Assembly (NCBI RefSeq): GCF_009914755.1
Contig: NC_060931.1
Source of the DNA: the human T2T-CHM13v2.0 reference genome, Homo sapiens
Direction: 5' to 3' (one strand)
Length of the DNA: 64,000 nucleotides
Shown here: positions 11,519 to 25,308 of the stretch, one piece after another
How positions within the stretch are numbered: the first letter of the stretch is position 1
Layout: each line of letters begins with the position of its first letter
Program-made: the position numbers and the translations under genes
Notes under the pieces: generated by a model
Told to the model about the DNA's origin: nothing
Database searches by the model: none
Seen by the model: only the letters and a program-made list of their open reading frames with translations

Positions 11519-13489
11519 AAAGCAGCTGTATTTTAAAACCAGTACCAAGACATGTCACTGGACACATGGCAGTGGGAGATGATATTTGTAATCAGTACAG
11601 AAACAACTGGGGGAAATGATCGCTGTTCTAATGGCGATCCCATCTGTTACATTTACATTTAGACCACTCAGTATTCTCATAGTTCCCAGGAGAGTCTTTC
11701 TAATGCCCATTCCACACTCATTTGCAATTTCAAAAGCCATTACTATTGGTTAAAAAAATTGTTATGATCCTACATTTGTACTTCAAATGCAGCCAATTCT
11801 AATCTCTATCCTACCTCTCATCCCTGTGTGTCCCTGGAGCTTTGTAGTGTTCTTTATCTTACACTTGCTGATGTGGCTGGTAACTGGTTGATGACTAGAT
11901 CACGTTTTACTTTTGCATTACATATTCTCTTATCCAACAAAAATAATTTTTTATCAAGTCAACCTGCCTTGTGTTTTGAGACCTAAGTATGTTTATTAAG
12001 AGACTGTAAAAATTTGGAGCAACGATGGGCCCTCTTTTTAAAGTCATTGAAAACAAGCCACTTTGATAGGCCTGCTCCCATGGCAGTAATGTTGATTTTA
12101 TCAAACCAGCTATAAAAATTAGGCTGCCAAAGAATGTGGGGGGAAAGACTAAGTTTAAATCTATAAAGATAGAGTCTGGATTCAGACTTGCATCCTTCAG
12201 AAGATATTTCTTTTTGGCAACTATAGATGGCTTTTCAAAATGGCTGAAAGGATGGATAAATTATAACATCTGAAAATAGTTGTCTGTTAGCTAGTAGACC
12301 TAGCAAAACATTATTATTATTGAAAATTATTATATTTAAACCCAGAAATAAAGCCATGAAGCTTTTAGTAACCATAAAGTTTCATCTTATATGTTGTCAA
12401 ATACTGTATCTTCACCAACATTATATTTCCTTGTACCCAACTGGAGGCTGAATCATAGCAATTGTCATCAATCTTCTATAAATCTTTTTACTACAATATT
12501 ACTCCAATATATAGACCCAACAGGCTATAAAAGGTCTCCCATAAGTCACTTGCACTTCTACTTTCTTGGAAGGAGAGCTGCCTACATGTTCATTTAAATG
12601 AATCAAATAGGAAGATTCTAGTTCATTCATAACACGTTCTTATTTTTCAATACTCTTACAGCAAGAAAATTGTTCCAACCATCTAAGATTGATTGTTTTA
12701 TTCCATATACACAGCACACATCCTTGATCTACTATTATTACATTTGGGTTATTCTAAATAGAGCATTCTCTGTTTAAGTCTAGTCCACCAACTTTGATCT
12801 TGATTGATTCACCTCCTAGTCAAAGTAGATTTGCTTTAAGAAAGAGAAACCTTATCAAGTAGGCTCAAATGATAGGAGATTTCTTATAAGGGTATAAGGG
12901 GTAGCTAGTGGAGCTCAACCAGGCACTGTGGCAATTATAGGAGGCTTCCGGAAGGTCATTAAATGGCTAATCTCCTGGCTTGTCTTTGGCTCTGAGGCCA
13001 CATGGTTTTTCATTCTGCTCTGTGCCTGCTTCTCTCTCTGTGTAAATTGATTTGTACACTCACTCAACTGCTTCTATGTTGGCCCATAATTTCTTCTCCA
13101 AAACAACAGCGTCACCTCCACACCCTAGCATATCTATGGGCTTCCAATTCAAGCACCCGACCAACTCATAATGCCTCCATCTTTCTATTCCAATTTCCCA
13201 GGAGAGAGAATCTGATTGGCCATATCGGATGAGGCCTGCATCCCTACTCCAATCAGCTATGTGTGGGGAAGCAGGGTTACATGCTCCTACTTCTGGAGAC
13301 AGCAGGATTTCCAGAAAGGGAGTGAGGAGAAAATGATTGCTAAAAAGAAATAATTGGTGGTTCTAAAGCTACCTCATAAGAATCTAGTCACTTTCCATTA
13401 AAACCTACCGAGGGATTAAAGTACGGTGAGGAGACTAGCACAAAATTAGACATCTAGTAGGTGGTAGCAAATGTTTGTTGAATGAATGA

Positions 13490-13815
<326 letters not shown>

Positions 13816-14859
13816 CTACTAATTCTTGTTTTATTGAAAGCTTTGAAGTGAAGCAAATAGAATATTCATTGAAGATTAGATAAGTAACTTCACAAAGTTA
13901 AAGATTCTGTGTATGTAATAGCTTAGCTTGTATTCCATAAAATCCAAAATATAAAAGTTAACCATCAGCAAGAGTGAGATTTTATTTTGCCATGTTTTAT
14001 AATGATTTACCGCTCTCTTACTTTAAACTGATTTTATACATATGCTTTCCCAGAAAGACTACTGCTATGTTGTTCTTATAAACTCATAGGTGACTCCAAC
14101 GTGTTAGTGTTTTTAAGAATGTTGGCGTAATGTCTCTCTAGGATGGGGTCAGGAAACACTCTTGTCCCAAAACTCCCTCCAAGTATTATATTAACTATCT
14201 TAATAAATCTTTGTGACAAGGAAACAGGACAGTTCCCATCAATAAGCCTCCAAGAAAGCAATGAGTATTGCTACAAAGAAGAGTAGAACAAGCGCTTAAT
14301 GAAGAATCTAAAAACCTGGAGTAAGAACTAATAGTTCTGTATTTTAATACCAAATTATCTATTGATTTCCTATATGACCTAAACAAACACAAATCTTGGT
14401 TCTTTGTCTCCTTTGTCAGTATAAACATACTCAGGGTGAAGTGGGCATAATTTCTATAGTGGTTTTCTATGGAACTCTGCCCAATACCACAACTACCTCC
14501 TTCTCTGGAGAGTTTCTCTTCCCCCAACTCCATCCAGCTGGCTTCTGCAAGAGATTCCATAACCATGCCTCCAGGCTTATGTTCTTAGTCTAATACTCAG
14601 CCCTTAGCTCACAACGGAATCATCAATCCCAGCAACTAGATATTGGGACAGGGAACCTAGAGAGTTGGGTTTTCTTTCTGGCAGGTGAGTCCAAAAGATA
14701 TAAAACTTAGGAGCTGCCAGAAGCCATGTTTCTGTCAGGGAAAGGAACTCAGTTGCAAGAGAGAGAGGTCAAGTCAACACAGCAGATACAGAAGAAAGAG
14801 GCAGAAAGAGGGTTCTGGAAATGCTCATTTCCTGTTTAAATAGTTCTTTTTATCAACTC

Positions 14860-15160
14860 TTTGTTTTTTTTTGAGAGACAAGCTGCCACTCTGTTGCTCA
14901 GGCTGGAATGCAGTGACATGATCATGGTCACTGTGGCCTCAGCCTCAAGCAGTCCTCCCGCCTCAGTCTCAAGTAGCTGGGACTACAGGTGCACCGCCAT
15001 GCCTGGCTAATTTTTCATTTTTTAATTTTTTTCTTTTTTTGGTAGATACAGGGTCTTACTGTGTTACCCAGGATGGTCTCAAACTCCTGAGCTCAAGCAA
15101 TCCTCCCGCTGTGGCCTCCTAAAGTGTTGAGATTACAGACATGAGCCATGGAGTCCAGCC
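14860..15160 (-). mobile_element. AluJ
   Basis: Diverged antisense dimer with J-type features (atcatggtcactg, ctcctgagctcaagcaatcc). Confidence 0.9.
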
Positions 15161-15679
15161 TTGCTTAAGCAATTCATAATAGCTCACTGCAACCACAACC
15201 CTCCTCAAAGCAAGGTTTTACCATCAGATAGCCCGAGGTCCTTCTAATAAATGCCTCCTTTTGCTTACATTAGTTCAGGTGGGTTTCTGTCACTTAGAAG
15301 CAATAGAGGTCTATTCTTAAAGTGACCATAAGAAGCCAATTGAAGACTATCTTCGGTCCTTCGAGTCTATGTTACACTGCCATAGGAGAAGAGATGTGAA
15401 GTTGCCCAATCAACACAAGGACATGCAGCTCCATACATCAGAGTGTTACCATACTTGAAGAGAACATGCCCTAGAGGTGGCTCCCTGGACCAACAAGCTG
15501 TATTTATTCTAGAATATCCACACCTATTTCGCAGACAATGAGTTAAGTTATTCTTCTTAAGGAATGTTTGCAAAATTAGCATTATACCTGCCTACTTTGA
15601 TGAATGGATAAAGGACTCCAAGGTAATGCTTTTCATTCCCTATGTGTCCTTAGGCATATAATATAATGGAAAAAAATGT

Positions 15680-16085
15680 ATGAGGAATACTTTTGACTAC
15701 AAATACAAGACAATCCAATTTCCAGTGGCTTAAACAAACAGGAGCTTACTCTTCCTGCAAAGTAGGAAATCTGGAGATAGGGCATTTGGCATTGATTTGG
15801 AAACTGTATCAGCAGCTCTGTGGTGCTATTAACCTTTCAGTGATGCTTGTCATCTCCTAATGGCATGATGGCTGTTGAAGCTCTACAACACACCTCCAGT
15901 GAAGGCAGAAGAGAAGGGGAAGAATCAGTACCAGACACATCCTGTTTTGTCCTCTTTTATCAATAAAACAAAGATTTTCCTAGAACTACTCTCACCCCTG
16001 GCCAGAATGGGGTAATTTGGCCACTCTTTGCTTTAAAAACAGGCGGAAATCATGGGTAACAGGCTTATTATGCTTCCTTCAACCC
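15680..16085 (-). mobile_element. Old MLT1-family LTR fragment
   Basis: ccagtggcttaaacaaac...gatggctg...tggccagaatggggtaatttggccac motifs of MLT1 LTRs. Confidence 0.5.
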
Positions 16086-17341
16086 ATGCTTCTCAACTAG
16101 TGTGCTATGTTGAGGAAGGCCTATGGGTTACAGTTATTCCATGTAAAACTGATCTGCTCATTTCTTGGGATGGCTGGAGCCTCCTGGCAGGTTGTTTATG
16201 GCTATAAGCACACTCTTCTAGAGCTCCTTAGAAGGTGGCCTGAGTAAGTGGCATCCAATGACATCCCCTGTGGTCTCTTCAGATGACGAGCACAGGGAGA
16301 AACATCTGGTACTTGTTGGCCACATGGGAGCATGTCCCACCTGGGCATGCACTGGGGCAGCCAGCTTCAGGGCCTGCAGTGATGCGTGGGGACACGTGGC
16401 CTGTGGTGCCACCAAAGAGGTTTCTATAGTGTCCAAGGAGGAGACTGTACCAACCAAGGTGTACTCATTAGAGGTTGGGGATCAGGGAATTTAAATGGGG
16501 GTTCTGGGAGGCCAACCTCTGATTGACCACCTCTGATTTCAGCCTTCACCTGTGTCAGAAACTTTTGTCCATGTGCAATTGATGTGTTGTTTTAGTAGCA
16601 TCCAATCTACCTGCAGGCTGAGGACACATTCTGCAAATTAGAGCTTCACTGCAATTTTTTAAAGTAGATACAAGGTCTCACAAAGTTGCCCAGGCAGGTC
16701 TCAAACTTGTGGCTTCAAGCAATCTTCCTACATTGGCCTCCCAAAGTGCTGGGATTACAGGCATGAGCTAGCGTGCCCAGCCTCATCATGATTTTTAAAC
16801 ACTTAACATAAAAATTTGACTGGATTTGAAACACATTATCACATGAAACTTTATATCACATTTGTCAAGGAATGTTAAACATTTTAAAAATAATTTCTAC
16901 TACTACAAATTTTCAATGGTTATAAATATGGTTCTAACTTTTTAGCCACTGATTTTGGTGAGCAAAAGTGCAATAATTATCAAGAATTTGAAGAAGTCAT
17001 AATTAAAAATCTGTATGAGAAATTATATTTAACCATTTCAAGCCTAAAAGCTGATTAGGAAGCTTTTTTTTAATCAGCCATCTTGAGTTTCTCATTTAAA
17101 TATTTAGAAAATATTTCATGTGAAATTTTATCCAAATTCAATAATTCATATATTTCAAAATATTTATATTTATTTTTCCTGTTGTAATTAGATGATATGA
17201 AGATAATATAATAGGTTATTTTTTTTCTCCAAACCTCATATTGATATCTCCAAATCCCCCCGTGCCAGGTTAGTAGAGAGTACTATGCAAATATAATCAT
17301 TTTCTATGTGGCAAGTCATAAAAAAAAGTTTGGAAACACTG
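16085..17341. mobile_element. Probable hAT-Charlie-type DNA transposon remnant, interrupted by an Alu monomer
   Basis: Termini catgcttctcaactagtgtgc and aaaaagtttggaaacactg resemble Charlie terminal inverted repeats; AT-rich interior. Confidence 0.35.
16654..16782 (-). mobile_element. FLAM / Alu left monomer
   Basis: gtagatacaaggtctcacaaagttgcccagg...gtgcccagcc, a single arm. Confidence 0.85.
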
Positions 17342-18461
17342 GCTGAGACCATCCGCCATCCATCCGTAGAGGCTGGGCATGTGACAATCCCAAACACATT
17401 GAGGTTCCTTTGGCAAAGAAGATTTAGAAATGGACGGCAGCCCAACAGCATCTGCCACAATGGGTTATAAGCGTCCACTCCACTGAATTCAGGGCACTGA
17501 TTAATTGTGTATGCTTTTCTCTTCAGCTCTCATTTAAAGGTATGTGAAGACTAGACCTCCTGTATAAAGCAATTAAATAGAGCTTCTCCTTGCATAGCCC
17601 CTTCCACCAGGGATATGTCTTGGAGAATGGCCCAATTACAATTACCTTCAAAACAATGTTACAAAATAAATCCATTTTCAACCAAATTCTTTGCCAACCA
17701 TAAGCCAAATGTTCTGGCTAAACTGGGAGAGCTACGCTCTTTCCTGTTTCTTTGCCATTTTCCAGCCTCTGAGAACAGAGATTGTAAGAGCAAAACATCT
17801 CATGCAAAACCATGCTACCTGCATCATGGGGACAGCTGAGTCAGCTTTGATCACCTTAAATTCTGTATTATTTATGGTCCTCACTTTTTGACCTTTGGTG
17901 TAAATTGCCAAGCATTTATTTAGCACTGACTGTGTGCTAGAACTATCAAGGGTACAAAGGTGATTTAGACCTACTGCTGGCCTAGGATGCAGGGAAATGA
18001 TGTACTGAAACTGGACAGACAAAAGGCCATGAATATTGGGGTCTTATTCTGGGAAGGTGATTTGTCTAGTAGGGTAGGGTGTGAGAAAGAGTGAAGAAGG
18101 AAACAAGCAAGATGGTAAAGGTCCAAAGAACTTAAAACTCTGTATTGTAGACAACAGACAACAGGAAGCCAACAGAGATTTTAAGGCTGGGAATAGTTTA
18201 ACTTTTTTTTCCAAACTGATCTGATATAGCTGATTTTGGGGATGTGTTTGATTTTTTGTTTTTTTTTAACCAAACTGATCTGGGAGTAGTGTGAAAAAGC
18301 AACATGTCATGTCACATTATAATGTTTTCCAGTTTGCAAAGTGCTTTCACACATCCACTTTCAGGTGTTCTTTAGTTTTCAGCTAATTAATTTGGGCAGG
18401 TACCAAGAAAGATACAGCTAGATGAACTGTCACTCTAGTCAGGCACATGCTTTCAGAGCAA

Positions 18462-18700
18462 CAGGTAAGAGTGTGAACTCTGGCTTCAAACTACCTGCAT
18501 TTGGAGCTTGGCTTTGCCGCTTTCTAGCTGTCTGATCCTGGGCAAGGTATTTAAACTCTGTCTCATTTACTAATATGCAAAATGGGGATATTAATAGCAT
18601 CTACTGCATAGAATTGCTCAAGGATTAATAAAAAAATATATATATATAAAGCCCTTAAAATGATGCTTAGTCTATAGCAAGTTCTTAAAATGTTATTACT
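18462..18700 (+). mobile_element. MIR
   Basis: ctagctgtctgatcctgggcaaggtatttaa...aaaatggggatattaatagcatctac. Confidence 0.75.
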
Positions 18701-18928
18701 TGTGATATTATTTTTAATCTCAGAGTTCATATAGATATTTTAGAAATAGATTACATACATACATATTCATGTACATATACACATGCATATACACATACAC
18801 ACTAGCCACATGATTTCCCCCACTAGAATTTAGATCCGTAGGAAGAGAGTAGGTTGCCATACTCCAGTGCCAGCTACAGTGAAATGGTATAGAGTAGCCC
18901 TCAATAAATATTTGTTGAATTAATGAAC

Positions 18929-19329
18929 TGTGGATGAGACCATGCTATGCAAACCTTTTTGTCTTCCTTCTGGGCAATCGCAGATGGATTATGGTTCCTA
19001 AGCCCACCATATCCAGGTGGCATCACATGACATGTTATAGCCAATGGAGTCTGCTCTGGCCCCTAACACCTCTGCGAGATGCCCCAGACTCACATCACTC
19101 CCCTGATAAGGATTTTGCAGAGGATTCAGAGGACCCACAGAAGGACAAAGGAGCACCAGATGAAAGGTGCCTGGATCCCTGAGTCACTGAATGTAGGAGG
19201 GATGCCCAAGAGAGCTGACCAACATGTTGGAGTTTGTAGAAGCAAGAAGTTAACTTCCATTTTGTTAATCCATTAAGGTTTTTGTTTCTTTTGTTTTTAA
19301 TAGCAGTTAACCTAGTTTGAGTAATGCAG
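18929..19329 (+). mobile_element. MLT1-family LTR
   Basis: gcctggatccctgagtcact...aacttccattttgttaatccattaagg...ctagtttgagtaatgca. Confidence 0.5.
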
Positions 19330-20159
19330 AAGATAGGGAAAAACATTTACTTTCATGCTTTTTTCTAGTATAAATAAGCAATAATAGCAAAGTCAGATTT
19401 AAAACTGGAAGGAAGCTTCAGAGAGCAGCTAGTTCAAATTTCTCCTTCTACCATGAGGAATCAGAGGCCCAATGTGGTTAAATGACTCAGTCAAGGTCAC
19501 ACAATTGAAACTGGACACCAGGCCTCCTGATTTCTAGGCCAATGTTTTGTTTTGTTTTGTTTTGTTTTGTCTATTGGCCCCAGGAATTAAAAGTATTATT
19601 GCTTTCCAAATTGAGTTCATAAAAACAAAATAAGAATATTGTCTTTTAAAATAAAACAGAAAAGGGAAAGAAAATGACATTTAACTAAACCTCAAGTAAA
19701 TTAAAACTGGCTGCAGATTGATTTAATTCATTGAAATAAAAATCTCCCAATATTGTCCAAATCACATGGCCTAATTTGTCTATTTGGGTAAGCAGCCTGC
19801 CTCTCAAATCCTGGGAACTTTGAAATGGGAGGCCCAGTTACTACAACAATAGTCTAAATCCAAGCTCTGTGCACTAAGCATTAATGATGGAATGATGGTA
19901 CTTAACTCCATTGCACCTGGCCAGTTCTTGATTAAATCAAATAGCATTAACTAATAAAAGATTAAAATATTTAGATTCAAATTAGAGAGTTTCCAAAAAC
20001 AATCTCCCAAAGCCACTTAGTTTTATTCATTTTCTAAACAATTTTAAAGTTCTTCCAAACAGCAAAGTAGAGTGCAAATTCATTAGGAACAATAAAAATA
20101 AAAATTGGAAATGAACAATACATTAAGGAACATTCTTTAAATGCACAAATCCCACGAGT

Positions 20160-20350
20160 CAGTAGAAAGTATAATGGACCTGAAGTCAGCACTTCCAGGC
20201 CTACATGCTGGTTCTATCATTGGCTGTTTAACCTGCAAATTAACCTCTCAAAGCCTCAGTTACTGCATTTGTAAAATCAGGAAAACAATACATATCTCAT
20301 GAGATGCCTATGAGACGTTACATGAATGCCAGTGCAGTGCTTAGAAAATG
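20160..20350 (+). mobile_element. MIR
   Basis: ttaacctctcaaagcctcagttactgcatttgtaaaat core. Confidence 0.65.
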
Positions 20351-21374
20351 TTTGTTTTGCAACAGTGAGGAAAAGCCTGCAGATTAAGAAACTCGGACTT
20401 CCCCCATGTTAGCTACAAAACATAATCACTGAGTATGTTGACTGTAGGAAAATTTCAAAAAAGTCGACAATTTCATGGAAGTAGCCAGATCTGTCTTTGG
20501 CTAACATGGATGCTGAAAACCCAAGCTGAAGGGATTCAGAAAGGATCAGGAAGAAGACACTTATCTGTACTCCTGATTCCTGCAAGGCTATTGTCAATAC
20601 ACCAGCATCATTTCCTTACTTGTTGAATCACCACTCTGTAGAACACTCTGTCAGTCTTCACCTAAATAAATTTCCCTTCCATCCAAGTTTTTCTGCTGGA
20701 TTATGACCAACTTGATAACCTAGTTTAGTATCCTATGAGTGCCTTAAATACAGAGGATGCTTAATGAAAATTTATTAGACTGCCCGCTCAGCAGCTCACT
20801 GGGATTGAATATGCATCTGGCATTGAAAAGAATTGAAATTATACAAATGAAGGTAGCTGACATATTCATGTAAAAAGAACCACCAGATATCATCCATTCC
20901 TTGGGCTGGGAGCTACTTATCCCTGACACAGTGGTGATTCAGAGGCAGCCATGGGGGTCACTGCCTGCTTTTTCCTAATCATCTTCAGGGCCCAGAGGCA
21001 AGGGGAAGGTTCAGAAAACTACAGTTGACTTCAAAACCCAAAACTCAGTTAATGAGATTTATCTGAAAAATGAAAACAAACTAACAATTTAGCACAGGAG
21101 AAAGAAGCCTGTCTCAGAGAGAGATCTGAAAAATAGCAAAGCAGAGCATTTGCTAAATAATCTCCAGCTACAAACTAGCAAGTGTCAGGATCACTTAGAT
21201 CAAGGGGAGAGAAACATAAAACCCCTAGCTTAGTATGTGGCAGTAGTTATACAAGCCGACCAAATATTTGATGTCATGGCTGTAAGATAAGAGGATAAAG
21301 CAATGATCAGAAGAAATTAATGTGATGGTTTAGGACCCAATTCTGCACAACTGCACTGGTGCATGCCCATGAAG

Positions 21375-21522
21375 CTGGTCCTGGTGGTCATGGACCAGCC
21401 TCACTGGCATCACCTAGGAGCTGGTTAGCCATGCAGAGTCTCAGGCCCTGCCCCAGACGTAATGTACCAGAATCTGCATTTTAATAAGAACCCAGGTCAT
21501 CCATGAGCACTTTCAAGTTTGA
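21375..21522. mobile_element. MER5-family hAT element
   Basis: ggcatcacctaggagctggttag...gtctcaggccctgccccagac...agaatctgcattttaataag. Confidence 0.7.
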
Positions 21523-21714
21523 TATCCTTTAGAGTTTCTCCATCAGGTGGCCTTGGTTTGGAAACCTTAATTATACAAAGGACGTAGTAGAAACAGGACC
21601 GAAGGGCCTAAGAAGACCACAGATATTCACTGATGCGGTACATGTTTCATCCACTCATAAACATACTGCTTCTACAGACTCGTTCTTTTAACATTGCTAA
21701 TTTAATATAACCCA

Positions 21715-23117
21715 ACCCCCCTCCCCCTCCCCCTCCCCCTCCCCCTCCCTCTCCCTCTCCCCTCTTTCCACGGTCTCCCTCTGATGCCGAGCCGAAGCTG
21801 GACTGTACTGCTGCCATCTCGGCTCACTGCAACCTCCCTGCCTGATTCTCCTGCCTCAGCCTGCCGAGTGCCTGCGATTGCAGGCGCGCGCCGCCACGCC
21901 TGACTGGTTTTCGTATTTTTTGGGTGGAGATGGGGTTTCGCTGTGTTGGCCGGGCTGGTCTCCAGCTCCTAACCGCGAGTGATCCGCCAGCCTCGGCCTC
22001 CCGAGGTGCCGGGATTGCAGACGGAGTCTCCTTCACTCAGTGCTCAATGGTGCCCAGGCTGGAGTGCATTGGCGTGATCTCGGCTCGCTACAACCTCCAC
22101 CTCCCAGCCGCCTGCCTTGGCCTCCCAAAGTGCCGAGATTGCAGCCTCTGCCCGGCCGCCACCCCGTCTGGGAAGTGAGGAGCGTCTCTGCCTGGCCGCC
22201 CATCGCCTGGGACGTGAGGAGCCCCTCTGCCTGGCTGCCCAGTCTGGAAAGTGAGGAGCGTCTCTGCCCGGCCGCCATCCCATCTAGGAAGTGAGGAGCG
22301 TCTCTGCCCGGCCGCCCATCGTCTGAGATGTGGGGAGCGCCTCTGCCCTGTCGCCCCGTCCGGGATGTGAGGAGCGTCTCTGCCCGGCCGCCCCGTCTGA
22401 GAAGTGAGGAGACCGTCTGCCCGGCCAGCCGCCCCGTCCGGGAGGGAGGTTGGGGGGTCAGCCCCCCGCCCGGCCAGCCGCCCCGTCCGGGAGGTGAGGG
22501 GCGCCTCTGCCCGGCCGCCCCTACTGGGAAGTGAGGAGCCCCTCTGCCCGGCCACCACCCCGTCTGGGAGGTGTACCCAACAGCTCATTGAGAACGGGCC
22601 ATGATGACAATGGCAGTTTTGTGGAATAGAAAGGGGGGAAAGGTGGGGAAAAGATTGAGAAATCGGATGGTTGCCGTGTCTGTGTAGAAAGAGGTAGACA
22701 TGGGAGACTTTTCATTTTGTTCTGTACTAAGAAAAATTCTTCTGCCTTGGGATCCTGTTGATCTGTGACCTTACCCCCAACCCTGTGCTCTCTGAAACAT
22801 GTGCTGTGTCCACTCAGGGTTAAATGGATTAAGGGCGGTGCAAGATGTGCTTTGTTAAACAGACGCTTGAAGGCAGCATGCTCGTTAAGAGTCATCACCA
22901 CTCCCTAATCTCAAGTACCCAGGGACACAAACACTGCGGAAGGCCGCAGGGTCCTCTGCCTAGGAAAACCAGAGACCTTTGTTCACTTGTTTATCTGCTG
23001 ACCTTCCCTCCACTATTGTCCTGTGACCCTGCCAAATCCCCCTCTGCGAGAAACACCCAAGAATGATCAATAAAAAAAAATAATAATAAATAAATAAATA
23101 AATAAAAAGAAAAAAAA
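21715..23117 (+). mobile_element. Full-length SVA retrotransposon (SVA_D-like)
   Basis: (CCCTCT/CCCTCC)n head, antisense Alu-like region, GC-rich VNTR (~22150-22570), SINE-R, AATAAA and an A/(AAAT)n tail. 16-bp TSD aatttaatataaccca at 21699-21714 and 23118-23133. Confidence 0.97.
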
Positions 23118-23702
23118 AATTTAATATAACCCATCAAGAAGACGAACAGCAAAGTAGCCAAGGAGCTTTCATAGAAAAAACTATGTAGTAGGCAGTATCT
23201 ACTATTAGTTCTAATTCAGCCTTTCTCTGCTCCTTTTTGACTCCTCTCTTCAACACTTGCCTCAGACCTTCTTTTTACCCAGTAACACTGCTTGGCCCTA
23301 ACTTATGCCTCTGGTCTCCATCAGGTAGAAATATTTTACATGTTGAATGCTTACTTTAAATTTTCTATAAAGTAGCAACTCATTCCATTCATAAACAAAA
23401 CTCATAAATAGAAATTTCAACAGTCAATTCACCTTTCCCTTGGGAAAAGAATCCAACATTTCAGCTTGCATTTGTCTACCACTTACTCTAATTAAATACA
23501 CCTAAGATTCTAAGATTGTTGTAAAAAGTCTACTTTCTGGTAGAGATTAGCTAGTTTTCTGGATAATAGAAATCAGAGGAGGCTTCTTTTCTTTCTTTTT
23601 TTTTTTTTTTTAGTTGATCAATTATCATGACAGAAAAGCTTCCATTAAATTCACCGGACTGCTGGGGGCACCTATGGGAGGGATCTCAGAAATCACTGAA
23701 TT

Positions 23703-23872
23703 TAGTGACTCTCCAAGTGTGGTCCTGGGACCAACAGCAGCTGCATCACCTGGAACCTGTAAGAAATGCAAAATTACATGCCCTTCCTCAGACTCTTTAA
23801 ACCAGAAACTCTAGGAATGAGGCAAGCAAGCTGTGTCTTCACAAGCTCCCCAGGAGACTCAAATTTGAAAAC
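23703..23872. mobile_element. MER5A
   Basis: aagtgtggtcctgggaccaacagcagctgcatcacctggaacctgtaagaaatgcaaa...ccagaaactctaggaatgagg. Confidence 0.75.
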
Positions 23873-23956
23873 TCCTTCTTTTAACATTGTTAATTTAATA
23901 TAACCATCAAGAAGACAAACAGCAAGGGAGCCAAAGAGCTTTCATAGAAAAAACTA
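23871..23956 (+). repeat. Local direct repeat B, uninterrupted copy of the SVA target site
   Basis: Matches 21678-21714 joined to 23134-23183, with a few substitutions and a 1-bp indel. Confidence 0.92.
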
Positions 23957-25308
23957 GAACATACTGCAAATGTTTCCAGCTAGGATCATGGTTCCCATCC
24001 TAAGAGCCAGCCTACTCAAAGGCCAGCCTTAAGACATTCGATTGTTTAAAGATTTAGGTAGAAGTACTTGTTTCCCGGAGTGGCTTTAATTGGTAGGAAA
24101 CAGTGAAATATTTGTTTATAAAATAATGTCTCCCAAGCAGACAGACACTGTTTTATAATCAGTTAGCCAACTAGAAAATATCTAAAGGGATCCTGGCCAT
24201 TTCTCAGAGTAGCCACAAGGGGTGTTGCTTCTCTCATTTGCAGGTTTAAAAGAATGTTCTGCTCCTGGGTCATTTCATTTTATTCTTGTTAACTTACAGT
24301 TTCAGGTTACAAAACACTTAATAATCAAATAGAGTGGCTCTTCTACATCCTATAGTGCATTCAGCTCTTTTAGCTAATGGATACATTTCCACTCCCCTTC
24401 CAAGTGTTCACTTATAAGAAGCATTTGAACTCCATTTTCATATGCAAACAGCCAAATCAAACAATTAGACCGTGCCCGGTTCTCCAGAACAAGCAGGCAG
24501 CATAGACACAGGTCGGGACTATGTGACTTTTATGTTCAGGAGTCCATTACACCAGCTAAGGGAGATACACTTAAGTAAAGTGCACTATTCTTTAATAGCT
24601 GTCTTTATGATAAGGCAAAAACCAACATCTTAATACCCACCTGCAGTCTCGTTATCAAGTTAATCAAATGTTTAATATCAGAATGTATATTAAAGTCATG
24701 TTGCTTACTACAAGCCAAGAGCCTTCTTTCTCCCTCCTAGTTTGTTCTGTAGGCCACACAATGCCATGCTAGGAAAACTACCCTTTAAACCTGATAAAAT
24801 ATTAAAGACATGTGTCCTGATATTGTTATGTAAGCAAATACCAAGGAAAGTCCAACCATTAATGAACCTGAGCAGGTCAGTCTCTAAGGACTGGGAGAAC
24901 AATGCAGCAGTGGCCATGGTGCTGCTGGGGAGAAGAGATTATGAAGGTGTGGACTACCACAACCTCAGAGCCCAAACACCACAATGTGCTTCTTGAAAAG
25001 CAATTCTTCAATGTGATTGTCTCTATTACTTTAACTACGTTCAAGAAAAGTTGCATCTAGGTGAATTTCACTTAAGAAAAATTAAAATATTTGTGCATGA
25101 AACATTGCAATCATAGGAAAAGGTAAAGAACAGGTGTTCTTGCAAGGCTAAGATGCTTTAGCTCACTTCAAATATCTTTCAGGAACCAAATGGCTATACA
25201 TAGGTATGTGTACACACACATGTGTGCATGCATGCATGCACAAAAATGCATTTCTCCTTAATGGGGAGAATCCCTGAAACAATCACTCTTTCTTAGTGCT
25301 CTTTTTCT

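Noticed and set aside
18211-18282. 13-bp repeat ccaaactgatctg; similar micro-duplications at 36185-36208 and 37007-37039
   Set aside because: Too short and close; ordinary slippage events.
22150-22570. Repeat-spacer-like array
   Set aside because: This is the SVA VNTR, not a CRISPR array; the sequence is eukaryotic.
21824-23066. Many ORFs up to 166 aa
   Set aside because: Translations of SVA Alu-like, VNTR and SINE-R sequence.
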